Of a DNA stretch of 64,000 nt, positions 8,798 through 17,600 are shown piece after piece. Position 1 is the stretch's first letter. Each line of letters begins with the position of its first letter. The stretch is from a virus. Under the pieces are notes generated by a model. That model ran no database searches and was not told where the DNA came from. It saw only the letters and a program-made list of their open reading frames with translations. A program made the position numbers and the translations under genes. The stretch lies in IMG/VR virus record IMGVR_UViG_3300045020_000106, positions 6,287-70,286 of that record; one strand, 5' to 3'.

Positions 8798-9198
8798 GAA
8801 CTCTTGCCAATGAGCGCGAGACACAGAAGGCGATTCTGGATCTGCTGGCCGCCGAAGGAGTCTTCGCGTTCCGGCTCAACACCGCCGCATTCCGAGTCAT
8901 CAGTGACGGAAGGGGAAAAGAGAGATTTTTCAGATCGCACAGTCTAGGGGCAGGTGCGGCCGACATTCGCGCGGACGTGCGCGTGCATCGCGTGTTTTGG
9001 AAAGGCACGCCCCAAGAGTTGATCGTTGACAGCTTTGTGCCGCTGTGGCTCGAAGTGAAGAGCGCCAAAGGCGGGCAGAGCCCAGAGCAGGCAAGCTTCC
9101 AGGGCTTCGTCGAGAGCCACGGCCATGTGTACGCCGTCGTGCACTCGGTCGACGATGTGCTGGATGTGCTGTGGAGAATTCGCGGTAAGAAACCATGA
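8794..9198 (+). CDS. VRR-NUC / PD-(D/E)XK nuclease (resolvase-like)
   Basis: ERETQKAI...GAADI...LEVKSAKGGQSPEQ motif. Confidence 0.85.
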   Translation: MRTLANERETQKAILDLLAAEGVFAFRLNTAAFRVISDGRGKERFFRSHSLGAGAADIRADVRVHRVFWKGTPQELIVDSFVPLWLEVKSAKGGQSPEQASFQGFVESHGHVYAVVHSVDDVLDVLWRIRGKKP

Positions 9199-9209
9199 TC
9201 GGAGGGATT

Positions 9210-9449
9210 ATGCCAAAAGTAAGAAGCAACATGTTTTCTGACATCGACCACAACCCGGAAACCTCAACCATGACCATCCGATTCCACACCGGGAATCGCT
9301 ACACCATTCAACCTGTAACCGCAGAAGACTACAAAGAATTCATTGGAGCGTCTTCGATTGGGAAATATTACAACCTGCATATCAAAAACAATCCGCGATT
9401 CAAAGTGACGCCCCTGCCGGAAGAGGAAGGCGAAACAGCAGTCGCGTAA
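9210..9449 (+). CDS. KTSC domain protein
   Basis: VRSNMFSDI...IRFHTG..Y....V....Y.EFIGASSIGKYYN.HIK. Confidence 0.85.
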   Translation: MPKVRSNMFSDIDHNPETSTMTIRFHTGNRYTIQPVTAEDYKEFIGASSIGKYYNLHIKNNPRFKVTPLPEEEGETAVA

Positions 9450-9464
9450 AACTGGAGGTGAGAC

Positions 9465-10082
9465 TTGGACGGCTTTGAAGCAGTAAAGGAAATCGCCAAA
9501 GCGTGCGACGGTAAAATTACAGAAGTGGGCATTTTGCCCGACAATTCCGGCTTCGCGATCATGTCGATGCCGCTGCGTAAAGATCATTGGATTTACGGGG
9601 AACGCGGGGCGGAGCGAAAGGTGTGCGACTCACCGGAAGACTGCTACCACGAACCACCACCGATGCCATTTCGCATGGGCGTAGGTGATTTCGCGGTAGT
9701 GTCGCGGTTCCCTGATAAGGATGTGGTCGACAGACATCTCCCGCCGGGATCGACTCCTGAGTCGGCGGCAAACTATCAGCGCATGACGCGCCAGGAATTC
9801 GCCGATCGTATTCGAATAGCTGGCAAGTACGCGATTCGGGCCTCGACGATGAAGGGCAAGGAGATGGATTTCGATCCAGACGCCATGCTGCAAAATCTGG
9901 TGGTCGGTCTGCTTGGCTACTGGACGGATGATGGCTTAACGAACGACGAATGGGCCAACCCCGAGTCTCGAACTCGCTGGTGCTGCAACGGGGACGGACA
10001 GGGTAATCATTCTTCGAGATGTCGTCACTCACAACCGAATAACGACGCGAGTCCACCCATACAACCAACGGTGGGCGGATAA
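9465..10082 (+). CDS. Conserved hypothetical phage protein
   Basis: GGAGG RBS with TTG start; SMPLRKDHWIY, KYAIRASTM, DFDPDAMLQN. Confidence 0.65.
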   Translation: MDGFEAVKEIAKACDGKITEVGILPDNSGFAIMSMPLRKDHWIYGERGAERKVCDSPEDCYHEPPPMPFRMGVGDFAVVSRFPDKDVVDRHLPPGSTPESAANYQRMTRQEFADRIRIAGKYAIRASTMKGKEMDFDPDAMLQNLVVGLLGYWTDDGLTNDEWANPESRTRWCCNGDGQGNHSSRCRHSQPNNDASPPIQPTVGG

Positions 10083-10084
10083 AA

Positions 10085-10183
10085 CTTTGGCGGTGCTCGC
10101 GCTTCCCTCAAGAAGTGTCCCAAAAGTAGCACTGCCGAAGCAGCGCGGGGTGTAGCTGGGGAAAGGCGGTCATCCCGCGCTGT
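10085..10183 (+). ncRNA. Tandem long hairpins in an intergenic region
   Basis: CTTTGGCGGTGCT/AGCACTGCCGAAG and CAGCGCGGG/CCCGCGCTG stems. Confidence 0.45.
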
Positions 10184-10200
10184 AACTTAAAAGGAGAAAC

Positions 10201-10464
10201 ATGCGCAACTTGCTGATTCGCGGATTACTTGCAGTGTTAAACAGTCGATGGTTGAACCAAACGCCATGCCGCTACGACTTCGTGGGCAACATCGACAACT
10301 TCAGTCGACAGGACATCGAATCGAGTTTGCGGCAAGATCCCGCAATGACACTGCAGCAATACCTGGAATTGGCGAACCGGTTCAAAGCGTGCCCGATTTC
10401 GCGTGTAGGCGTGACGGCAATCGAAGCGGATGGATCGTACACGCAAAACGTAGACTTCAGATGA
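10201..10464 (+). CDS. Hypothetical protein
   Basis: AAGGAG RBS. Confidence 0.6.
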   Translation: MRNLLIRGLLAVLNSRWLNQTPCRYDFVGNIDNFSRQDIESSLRQDPAMTLQQYLELANRFKACPISRVGVTAIEADGSYTQNVDFR

Positions 10465-10475
10465 AAGGAAACGAA

Positions 10476-11513
10476 ATGAAGTATTTGATCTGGATCGGCT
10501 TGGGCATGGCGCTGTTGGCGGTTCTCACAGTCCGCGATCCGCTTTGGTGGACACTGCTGGGTATCGGGATTGGTGCCAATGGGTTGGTGTGCGCCGCGAA
10601 TGACTGGAAGATGCCGGTCCGCGGAAGACATGCAGAAGGCCCGCGCCACACTCCGATGACGCAGTTCACGCGCTACAAATGGCTTGGCGACGTGATTCCG
10701 ACCGGATTCGGGAAGGCGTCTGTAGGGGATTTCTTCATCTGTGCCGGGTTTCTCGGCTCATGGGTACATCTGACCGACGTGACCTACGTGGCGACCGTTG
10801 TGATTGGCGGGTATCTGATTTGGACATTCGGATGGTCGCAGGGATTTGGATTGCGCGACAAGTTGGACACCAGCGCCGTCGCCGATACCAAAAAAAATAT
10901 CCCCATCATGGTCACGCTCATGCTTGTGGGGAACTTAATCGGCTTTCACGGGTGCAGCGTGAAGGAAATAGCCGCGTCGTTCGAAAACATCCGTGATGTT
11001 TTGCCCGCGCCAAAGGTGTCAAGCGTGCCGCTGAGCGAAATGCATTCGCTCGGGAAACTCGTGGAGCCGGAATTCATCACTCAGACTCGACAGAAGGCAG
11101 AAACAGGCAAGCAGGCTGTGGAGCGTTCGATAGCCGCAGCATTAGACAGGTTCAAGCCGCTGACGATCACTTCCGCATCTGGGCAGACCGTTACCGTCGC
11201 GTTTACGCTGACCGGAACGAGGACGATGAAGGCGGCGCGAAGCGGCCCATTCTGCCGCATGACGTGCACTGCGCATCATGGCGGAATGTACGACGTGGAA
11301 ACCCTGCCAGAAGCCTGCCGGGCGAATTGGATTCCTCCGACAGCCGAGTACGTTCCTGGGTGGTACTCGATGTCGGACACAATGGAAATAACCAACCCGT
11401 GGCCGGGCCCCGCACAAAAAGGATTCGAGAGCTACAAACTTTATTGGTCCGACAGACAGAGCGAAGCAAAAGTCTTACACCCAGGCACAACTGAAAACCA
11501 GAAAGGAAACTAA
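10476..11513 (+). CDS. DUF5317-like multi-TM protein with a C-terminal soluble extension
   Basis: ANGLV..AN..KMPV...H...T...LGDVIP...SVGD motif. Confidence 0.65.
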   Translation: MKYLIWIGLGMALLAVLTVRDPLWWTLLGIGIGANGLVCAANDWKMPVRGRHAEGPRHTPMTQFTRYKWLGDVIPTGFGKASVGDFFICAGFLGSWVHLTDVTYVATVVIGGYLIWTFGWSQGFGLRDKLDTSAVADTKKNIPIMVTLMLVGNLIGFHGCSVKEIAASFENIRDVLPAPKVSSVPLSEMHSLGKLVEPEFITQTRQKAETGKQAVERSIAAALDRFKPLTITSASGQTVTVAFTLTGTRTMKAARSGPFCRMTCTAHHGGMYDVETLPEACRANWIPPTAEYVPGWYSMSDTMEITNPWPGPAQKGFESYKLYWSDRQSEAKVLHPGTTENQKGN

Positions 11514-11518
11514 ACAAA

Positions 11519-11713
11519 ATGCTCCACTTAGTCATCCAGCAACTCAAACAGGCAAAGGTTGAAGCAGGGAAAGAACTCTCCCGCATCGATCAAGCCATCA
11601 AGGCACTCTCACCCCAAAAGCGCGCGCGACTCTCCAAGGACGCAATCCGGCGAATCGCGGAGGCGCAAAAGAAGCGATGGGCCAAGTTTCACAGGCAGAA
11701 AAGAGCGGCGTGA
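11519..11713 (+). CDS. Small basic coiled-coil/DNA-binding protein (Acidobacteria-type)
   Basis: ELSRIDQAIKAL coiled coil followed by LSKDAIRRIAEAQKKRWAK. Confidence 0.7.
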   Translation: MLHLVIQQLKQAKVEAGKELSRIDQAIKALSPQKRARLSKDAIRRIAEAQKKRWAKFHRQKRAA

Positions 11714-11908
11714 AGCGCTGCGCAGCTCTTTACTCGCAGGGATTGCTCAAGGGAACCCAATGCCGAGCGGCAGCAATACGGGACGATCTCTGCGGGAACC
11801 CATTTTCACCAGGAACTAAACTGGCTGTATGGAAAAACCAGGCATGCGGTAGAAATCGTGAAGCGGAGACTTTATGTGGAACAGGTTCATGATACTTCTC
11901 GGCTTTAG
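11710..11908 (+). CDS. Small CCCH Zn-finger protein, apparent +1 indel at 11799-11801
   Basis: RCAA...GTQC...LCGN(H); the His is restored by removing one C. Confidence 0.45.
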
Positions 11909-12101
11909 GGATCAGGACTTCAACCCAAAACTACCCTCCGGTGAGTGCAATCGGGTGATCGAGCGCGGTGACGACGGCTGGATCACCTGTGGCACTTTAA
12001 CGAACCACCGCCGGCCAGGCGAAGGGTATATCTGCACGCGGCATTGGGTGGACCCATCTCCGAAGAAGCCGGTGGGGCATGTTGTGGATGTGTGGGCATG
12101 A
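11874..12101 (+). CDS. Hypothetical Zn-binding protein
   Basis: GGAG RBS; C...C...CTRH. Confidence 0.5.
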   Translation: MWNRFMILLGFRDQDFNPKLPSGECNRVIERGDDGWITCGTLTNHRRPGEGYICTRHWVDPSPKKPVGHVVDVWA

Positions 12102-12691
12102 CGCGTTGTTGCAATCGATGTGGCGAATTAAAAGATGAGTCCGAGTTTTACCGCAACAATAGTTTAAGTGACGGACTCATGCGGAAGTGTAAAGTGTGCC
12201 ATAACCTTCAATGTGGGGAATGGAAAAAAGCGCATCCGAAAAAAAAGAACGGCCGCGCAGTGTGTGTGCAGTGCGGAAAGAGGTTTGGCTTTGTGGTGAA
12301 TGTAACGTTGGGCAGACCACGATTTTGCAGCCGGACGTGTCAGCATACCGCCAGACATGCTGGGGGTAAATACGGCGTCACAGAGGAAAAGTTCCGCGAA
12401 CTATTCAATGCCGGTAAGTCGTACAGGGAGATCGCTTCCGTGTTCGGCATCAAGAACAATTCAGTTATAGGTTATTATATCAAGAAATTCAAACTCTGGC
12501 GCCCAGAACCACTGAGGGACAATCTAAGGCTGGACGGGGAATATTATTTGGCCAAAGTTGTGCGCATGTATAACTCCGGCATGTCAGCCAACGCGATAGC
12601 GAAAGCGTTCAAGCAAGGGCACTCCCACGGCTACATTAGGACGCTTCTGATAAGGGCTGGGGTTTGGCGCGGGCGGAATAGACATGCGTAG
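12098..12691 (+). CDS. Zn-finger plus HTH DNA-binding protein (homing-endonuclease-associated modules)
   Basis: CNRCGELK..SEFY...CKVC; CVQCG...FCSRTC; two HTH-like segments. Confidence 0.7.
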   Translation: MTRCCNRCGELKDESEFYRNNSLSDGLMRKCKVCHNLQCGEWKKAHPKKKNGRAVCVQCGKRFGFVVNVTLGRPRFCSRTCQHTARHAGGKYGVTEEKFRELFNAGKSYREIASVFGIKNNSVIGYYIKKFKLWRPEPLRDNLRLDGEYYLAKVVRMYNSGMSANAIAKAFKQGHSHGYIRTLLIRAGVWRGRNRHA

Positions 12692-13334
12692 GCTTTCAAG
12701 TGAACAGATCGAAAGGCTGAGGGAGATATTATCTCGGCCTGGAACAAGCGTGCGGGAAGCCGAAAAGCTCAGCGGGCATAACAGGAACACGATAATGCAC
12801 TATCGGCGTTCGTTTAGCTTGCCGAATTGCCCATGCGGGGAAGTGGCTGGACACAAGGGATGGTGTAAATGGCGATACGACAAGAGTGAAGCGAGGCAAG
12901 CGTATCAGGCATCGCGGCGAGTATTTGCCGTCGCGAGCTACGATCCCTTAAGGGTAAACAATTTTAGATTCCAGTTCACCGATTATGTGCCTACGATGTT
13001 CCGTAACCCGGCAGATGACCGTTGTGCTATAGCGGCATGTGCGTTTCCGGTACGCAAGAATAGGCTTTGTTATCAACACTTGCACTTCTTCGATTTTTCC
13101 GAGTCGATGCATACTGGGCAGTTGTCACCAGAAGACATGTTCGATAACGAAGACCCGAACAGTCCGGTGTTATACGTAGCTACGCAACGGGAGCTGGAAG
13201 ATTTAGAGAAGTCCGTGACGGTGACTTATGCGGATGAGCGGAAGCGCCGCGCTGATTTACAGGGAAGAAAGTCAATATCAAAATTGTTGGCTTACAGCGG
13301 ATGGAGGTATGCAGCACGGGCCGTCGATGGGTGA
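12684..13334 (+). CDS. HTH and Zn-finger protein, possible transcription regulator
   Basis: SVREAEKLSGHNRNTI HTH; CPCG..HKGWC; CAIAAC...CYQH. Confidence 0.6.
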   Translation: MRRLSSEQIERLREILSRPGTSVREAEKLSGHNRNTIMHYRRSFSLPNCPCGEVAGHKGWCKWRYDKSEARQAYQASRRVFAVASYDPLRVNNFRFQFTDYVPTMFRNPADDRCAIAACAFPVRKNRLCYQHLHFFDFSESMHTGQLSPEDMFDNEDPNSPVLYVATQRELEDLEKSVTVTYADERKRRADLQGRKSISKLLAYSGWRYAARAVDG

Positions 13335-13388
13335 GTAGGAACTCGAAGCGTTGCATGTGTGGGCGTAGAAAATTAAACGGAGGAACCT

Positions 13389-13616
13389 ATGGAACTGGAA
13401 TTCACGGTAGTAGCGATCAAGCTGGGCGATGACTCATTCGTCCAGACACCGGACCAATTGCGGGATACGGCAGACGTAAGCCTGCGCAGCTTTGGCGTCG
13501 AGGACGACCCTGTCGGTCAAAAAGTCCCAAACGGCTACGCCAACATAAGTTGCAGCGGGGAGGTAGCGCGAAGCATAAGGCTCGGTGCCAAATTCAAACT
13601 GGTGAGCGTGGAATAG
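13389..13616 (+). CDS. Hypothetical beta-rich protein
   Basis: GGAGG RBS. Confidence 0.6.
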   Translation: MELEFTVVAIKLGDDSFVQTPDQLRDTADVSLRSFGVEDDPVGQKVPNGYANISCSGEVARSIRLGAKFKLVSVE

Positions 13617-13619
13617 TCG

Positions 13620-13721
13620 CGCGAGGGAGCGAACGGCGTCGAAACGGAATTCGAGATTCCGGCCAAGTCGGAGAATTCTGCAGAGACATGCATCGCTCTC
13701 TCGCGGGGCTATTGAAGCCCT
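13620..13721 (+). ncRNA. Multi-branched structured intergenic RNA
   Basis: 13-bp closing stem 13620-13632/13693-13705; inner CGGAAT/ATTCCG hairpin; following GGGC/GCCC hairpin. Confidence 0.5.
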
Positions 13722-13744
13722 TAAACCAGCAACACGGAGAAACC

Positions 13745-14167
13745 ATGAACCACACAGTAGAAGACGAAACCCTAAACGCGCATCAACCCAAAGACATCCT
13801 GCAGCCTGGAAGGGAGCGGGAACAAGCTGAAAACACCATCGCAGTTGAGAATGAAGCACAGAAGCGCGGTAGTTACATCGGCGGCGCGGTTGGAACGCAA
13901 AGCGCCGGCAGAATCACGGAAGTCCCAGACCGCCGGGAAACGGTTCGCGGGCAAATCGATCCACTGTTCAAAGGCATTCCATTGAACGAAACAGGGCTGG
14001 CAAAGGCCTTAAATGTCCGCCTGATGTTTACCGACCTGAAGAACGGCCTGGAGCATCAATTGGGCATAGGAGATGGCCGTTCATGGTCCATCATCAAAAC
14101 CAAACTGGAAGAAGCCTGCATGTTCGCCGTGAAAGCGGTCAGTCTCGATCCATCGAATCAGGAGTAA
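13745..14167 (+). CDS. Acb2/Tad1-like helical-hairpin protein (putative immune-signal sponge) with an N-terminal extension
   Basis: LNETGLAKA...GRSWSIIKTKLEEACMFAVKAVS.DP.NQ. Confidence 0.6.
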   Translation: MNHTVEDETLNAHQPKDILQPGREREQAENTIAVENEAQKRGSYIGGAVGTQSAGRITEVPDRRETVRGQIDPLFKGIPLNETGLAKALNVRLMFTDLKNGLEHQLGIGDGRSWSIIKTKLEEACMFAVKAVSLDPSNQE

Positions 14168-14199
14168 GAGCGAATTTTCGAGAAAGAATTATCAAGTTG

Positions 14200-14280
14200 G
14201 GCCGAGAGGACGCTGGGCGTAAATCTGGCTGGATTCTTTGCAGGATCAGCAACGCACGGAGGGGCTCGGCCCCTATTTCA
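14200..14280 (+). terminator. Long stem followed by a U-rich tract (attenuator/terminator-like)
   Basis: GGGCCGAG/CTCGGCCC closing stem, nested stems, then TATTTC. Confidence 0.4.
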
Positions 14281-14416
14281 TTAGGAGGGGATTTTATGTG
14301 GATGATCGTCACGGCGCCGTTCTGGGTTGCCGCTTTACTCGGAATGGCCGCATTGTTTGAGAACTACAGCTTAGGGAATGGAACCCAGGAAGTCTCTGAG
14401 CTGTAAACGAGGGACC

Positions 14417-14971
14417 ATGGAAACTCCCGTACTCGATAGCCGCTTAGTTTTGCCGCGCTTCACGCTGAACGATGTGGAACGCGCATACGACGAGTGGGGC
14501 TGTAATTGTGGGCCCGCCGCAATAGCCGCAATGAATGGGCTCACTCTCGAAGAGCTACGCCCGCATCTTGGGGATTTCGAGCAAAAGCGTTATACAAACC
14601 CTACTCTCATGTGGGACATCTTGACAAAGATCAGGGCGCGATGGAGAACTCGGCCAGTCAGAGAGATTAAGGCATCGCCGCAAACTTCGTGGCCTATTTA
14701 TGGCTTGGCGCGTGTGCAGTGGGAAGGTCCGTGGACAGCTCCGGGTGTCCCTATTGCCGCGAGATACCGTCACACGCATTGGGTTGGCGCTATGCTGGCA
14801 GCCGGCAGTGATGAGCACAGCATTTTTGACATCAATTGTATTTGTGTCGGCGGATGGGTTCCTCTGGCTGAGTGGTCATCGTATGTCGTTCCTTGGCTAC
14901 TGAAGCAAGTCGAGCCAAAAGCCAGCGGGGCGTGGCACCTGACGCATGTCGTTGAGATTGAAAGGGGCTAG
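14417..14971 (+). CDS. Papain-fold (C39-like) peptidase-like protein
   Basis: NCGPAAIA Cys motif, HTHWV His, IFDIN Asp. Confidence 0.6.
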   Translation: METPVLDSRLVLPRFTLNDVERAYDEWGCNCGPAAIAAMNGLTLEELRPHLGDFEQKRYTNPTLMWDILTKIRARWRTRPVREIKASPQTSWPIYGLARVQWEGPWTAPGVPIAARYRHTHWVGAMLAAGSDEHSIFDINCICVGGWVPLAEWSSYVVPWLLKQVEPKASGAWHLTHVVEIERG

Positions 14972-15041
14972 TGTAGCGAAGTACTGGCTCCCTTGAATTA
15001 AACTGTTTTGCACAGGCCATCGGAATGCTAGCGTGGCGGGA

Positions 15042-15236
15042 ATGGATCGCACGCGAGACAAGATGTGTCTGAACAAAAGGCGTTTCGCCACTGAGGCAGA
15101 AGCGTTGAAAGATGCCGAGGAGCGTCTCAGGACCGGCTATTGCTTCGTCCCGCTGCGGGCTTATTTCTGTCCGTTCTCCCAAGATACGGACCCACACTTC
15201 CATCTCACGAAGAAGTTTATACCGCAAAGTGCTTGA
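15042..15236 (+). CDS. Small phage Zn-binding protein
   Basis: CLNKRRF...A...RAYFCP...FHLTK. Confidence 0.6.
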   Translation: MDRTRDKMCLNKRRFATEAEALKDAEERLRTGYCFVPLRAYFCPFSQDTDPHFHLTKKFIPQSA

Positions 15237-15337
15237 CCAAAGAGGTATATTTGGGGGACCGGGGGGAAGCCTTCCAACAAAGCCAATTAATTCACAGTTC
15301 TCCACAGCAACTTTTGTGATACAAGAGGCAACGGCAG

Positions 15338-15736
15338 ATGTTCCTTCTTTCGATAGTGATAGTAATCGCAGCGCTGGCTGTGATTATCGAAGGCATTGTT
15401 CAATTGACGGCGGGCGGAGCAAGAGGTAACGAGATGACAGACGGCGGTCCATACTACAATCCCAAGGAATTATCCTATTCCCCGCGCGGCGATCGCGTCG
15501 TAGTCAAACAACTCCCCAAACCTGAGGCGAAACCAGGCGAGATGTTCATCCCTGATTCTCAAACCAGACCACCAGACGAAGGAATCGTCATAGCGGTTGG
15601 CCCCAGCGAGAAGTGTGCGGACATCAAAGTCGGGGACCATGTATATTTTTTGGAGCAGGCCGGCTCGCCTGTGATTATTAAAGGCGAGCGATTCCTTGGG
15701 ATGCGGGAAAGCGAGATTCATGGAATTGACAAATGA
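15338..15736 (+). CDS. groES: Co-chaperonin GroES; internal start at 15434, upstream start adds a TM helix
   Basis: PRGDRVVVK, IPD...EGIVIAVGP, IKVGDHV, MRESEIHG. Confidence 0.92.
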   Translation: MFLLSIVIVIAALAVIIEGIVQLTAGGARGNEMTDGGPYYNPKELSYSPRGDRVVVKQLPKPEAKPGEMFIPDSQTRPPDEGIVIAVGPSEKCADIKVGDHVYFLEQAGSPVIIKGERFLGMRESEIHGIDK

Positions 15737-15751
15737 CATTTTGCACAAGTG

Positions 15752-15856
15752 GGCGGGGTTCGAACCCCGCAATGACTGTAAGCCTCCTGGTGGCCCTGTC
15801 CGTGCGGTATCAAACCCGCGCGGGTAAGTCAGTCTGACAGCCGGGAAAGACCGGCA
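15752..15856 (+). ncRNA. Structured groES-groEL intergenic RNA
   Basis: Palindrome GCGGGGTTCGAACCCCGC; GACTG/CAGTC-closed junction with two arms; GCCGG-GAAAGA-CCGGC hairpin. Confidence 0.5.
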
Positions 15857-15879
15857 ACTTATCAGCAAGAAAGGCCGAA

Positions 15880-17574
15880 ATGCCGAAACAAACCCTAAGC
15901 TCGAACGATGCCCGCTCTGCCCTCCTCCGCGGCATCAATGCAGTCGCGGACCCGGTAAAGACCACACTGGGTCCGCGCGGCCGCAACGTGATGCTGGAAG
16001 ATGTCATCCAGCCCAAATCGACGCGAGATGGAGTCACAGTCGCAAAGTTCGCGTCGAGTCTTGCCGACCCATTCGAGAACATGGGAGCACTGCTGGCCCG
16101 GGAAGTTGCGGACGCGGCTGTCGTGGAAGCTGGCGACGGGACCACTACGGCCACAGTGATCTTTCAAGCCATTGTCACGGCGGGAATGAAAGCCATCCAG
16201 GAAGGCGCGGAACCCCTGCAATTGGCCGATGGGATTCGTGCGGCGGCCGAGGCGTGCGCCAAATCTGTAGAGCAAATGGCGACCCCTGCCACAGATGAGT
16301 TGGTCCAGCAATGCGCCATCATCTCAACGCATGGCGATGTTGAGTTGGGATCGATTATCGCGAAGGCAACCTGCCGAGTAGGCGCAACTGGCGTCCTGGA
16401 ACTTCAAGAATCACGCGATGAGTCGACCACGATCGAGCATCTTGAGGGATTCTACTTTGAACGTGGCTGGCGTGGGCCGAATGGATCGAACCACTTCTTT
16501 GTGAATGACAAGTCTGGGCAGAAGTGCGTCTTGAAGAACCCGTTTATTCTAATCTCCGAGCGTGTCATCGTCGGTGGGGCGCGCGGCATTGCCGGGGACC
16601 ACCTGTGGAATATCCTCGAAGCCTGTGTGAAAGCTCGGCGCCCACTGCTGATCATTGCTGACGACTTGATTGGGGATGCCTACAACCTGTTCACGGCTAA
16701 TATCACTGCCGGCGGATTGGCGGGGATTGGCGGATGCTTCGTGAAACTGCCAGGGTTCGGTGATCATCGCATGGAGGCGATCAAGGATCTGGCGATCGCC
16801 GTGGGAGCCAGACGGGTTCATTCGATGGCGTCGACGCGTGGGGACGATGTTCTATCGTCGTTCAGCTTGGACGACCTGGGAAATTGCAAACAAGCCGTTG
16901 TTTCACCCATGCGCACGGTTCTGATCGAAGGCGCCGCGTCCGGCAATGCTCTTGCAAACCGCATTGCGCAATTATCCAAACAGCAGTTTGACGCCGCACA
17001 TCCCATGGAGAAAGAACAACTTGAGCATCGCATCGCTCGTTTAACGGGAGGCGTCGCGGTATTGCGCGTGGGCGGGTATTCCGAGCCGGCCATGCTGGAA
17101 AAGAAGGCTCTGGCGGAAGATGCGATTCATGCCTGCCGTGGCGCGTTGCAGGAGGGAGTAGTAGCAGGTGGAGGGGTGGCGCTGTTGAGAGCGGCAAAAG
17201 ATTGCGATGGAGAACTGTGGGGAAGGACGGATATAACCGACGTTAGCTATTACACATTGGGACAGGCGTTACTGCTAAATGGCATCCAGGAGCCCGCCAA
17301 GCAAATCATGCGAAACGCCGGGAAGAACGAGGAAACCATCGCCTCGGTGATCTTAGCTGCAATAAACCAGCCCAATCGGACACACGGCTACAATTCCGCA
17401 ACTGGTGAATTTGGCGACCTGATGAGAATGGGCATCGTCGACCCCTGCAAAGTCGTCACAACCGCACTACGAAAAGCCGCATCCGTGGCAGCTCTTACCC
17501 TGACAACCGAGGTTCTGATCACGGAGATTCCGCAGCCCAAGAATCAGGCGCCTATGCCTCAGCCGATGTACTGA
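15880..17574 (+). CDS. groEL: Chaperonin GroEL (divergent, phage-encoded)
   Basis: TLGPRGRNV, TRDGVTVA, AGDGTTTATV, RIARLTGGVAVLRVG, EDAIHA, GVVAGGG, GIVDPCKV; no GGM tail. Confidence 0.97.
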   Translation: MPKQTLSSNDARSALLRGINAVADPVKTTLGPRGRNVMLEDVIQPKSTRDGVTVAKFASSLADPFENMGALLAREVADAAVVEAGDGTTTATVIFQAIVTAGMKAIQEGAEPLQLADGIRAAAEACAKSVEQMATPATDELVQQCAIISTHGDVELGSIIAKATCRVGATGVLELQESRDESTTIEHLEGFYFERGWRGPNGSNHFFVNDKSGQKCVLKNPFILISERVIVGGARGIAGDHLWNILEACVKARRPLLIIADDLIGDAYNLFTANITAGGLAGIGGCFVKLPGFGDHRMEAIKDLAIAVGARRVHSMASTRGDDVLSSFSLDDLGNCKQAVVSPMRTVLIEGAASGNALANRIAQLSKQQFDAAHPMEKEQLEHRIARLTGGVAVLRVGGYSEPAMLEKKALAEDAIHACRGALQEGVVAGGGVALLRAAKDCDGELWGRTDITDVSYYTLGQALLLNGIQEPAKQIMRNAGKNEETIASVILAAINQPNRTHGYNSATGEFGDLMRMGIVDPCKVVTTALRKAASVAALTLTTEVLITEIPQPKNQAPMPQPMY

Positions 17575-17600
17575 TTCAAGATATCCACAGAACTTCATGC

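Noticed and set aside
10248-10475. Long N-terminal extension of ORF 10248-11513
   Set aside because: It overlaps gene 10201-10464; an RBS supports the start at 10476 (or 10461).
15700-15860. tRNA gene suggested by GGTTCGAACCCC
   Set aside because: No acceptor stem, anticodon arm or CCA can be built on either strand; kept only as a structured RNA.
15298-17589. DnaA-box-like 9-mers (TTCTCCACA near 15298, ATATCCACA near 17581)
   Set aside because: Single, mismatched and unclustered; insufficient for an origin call.
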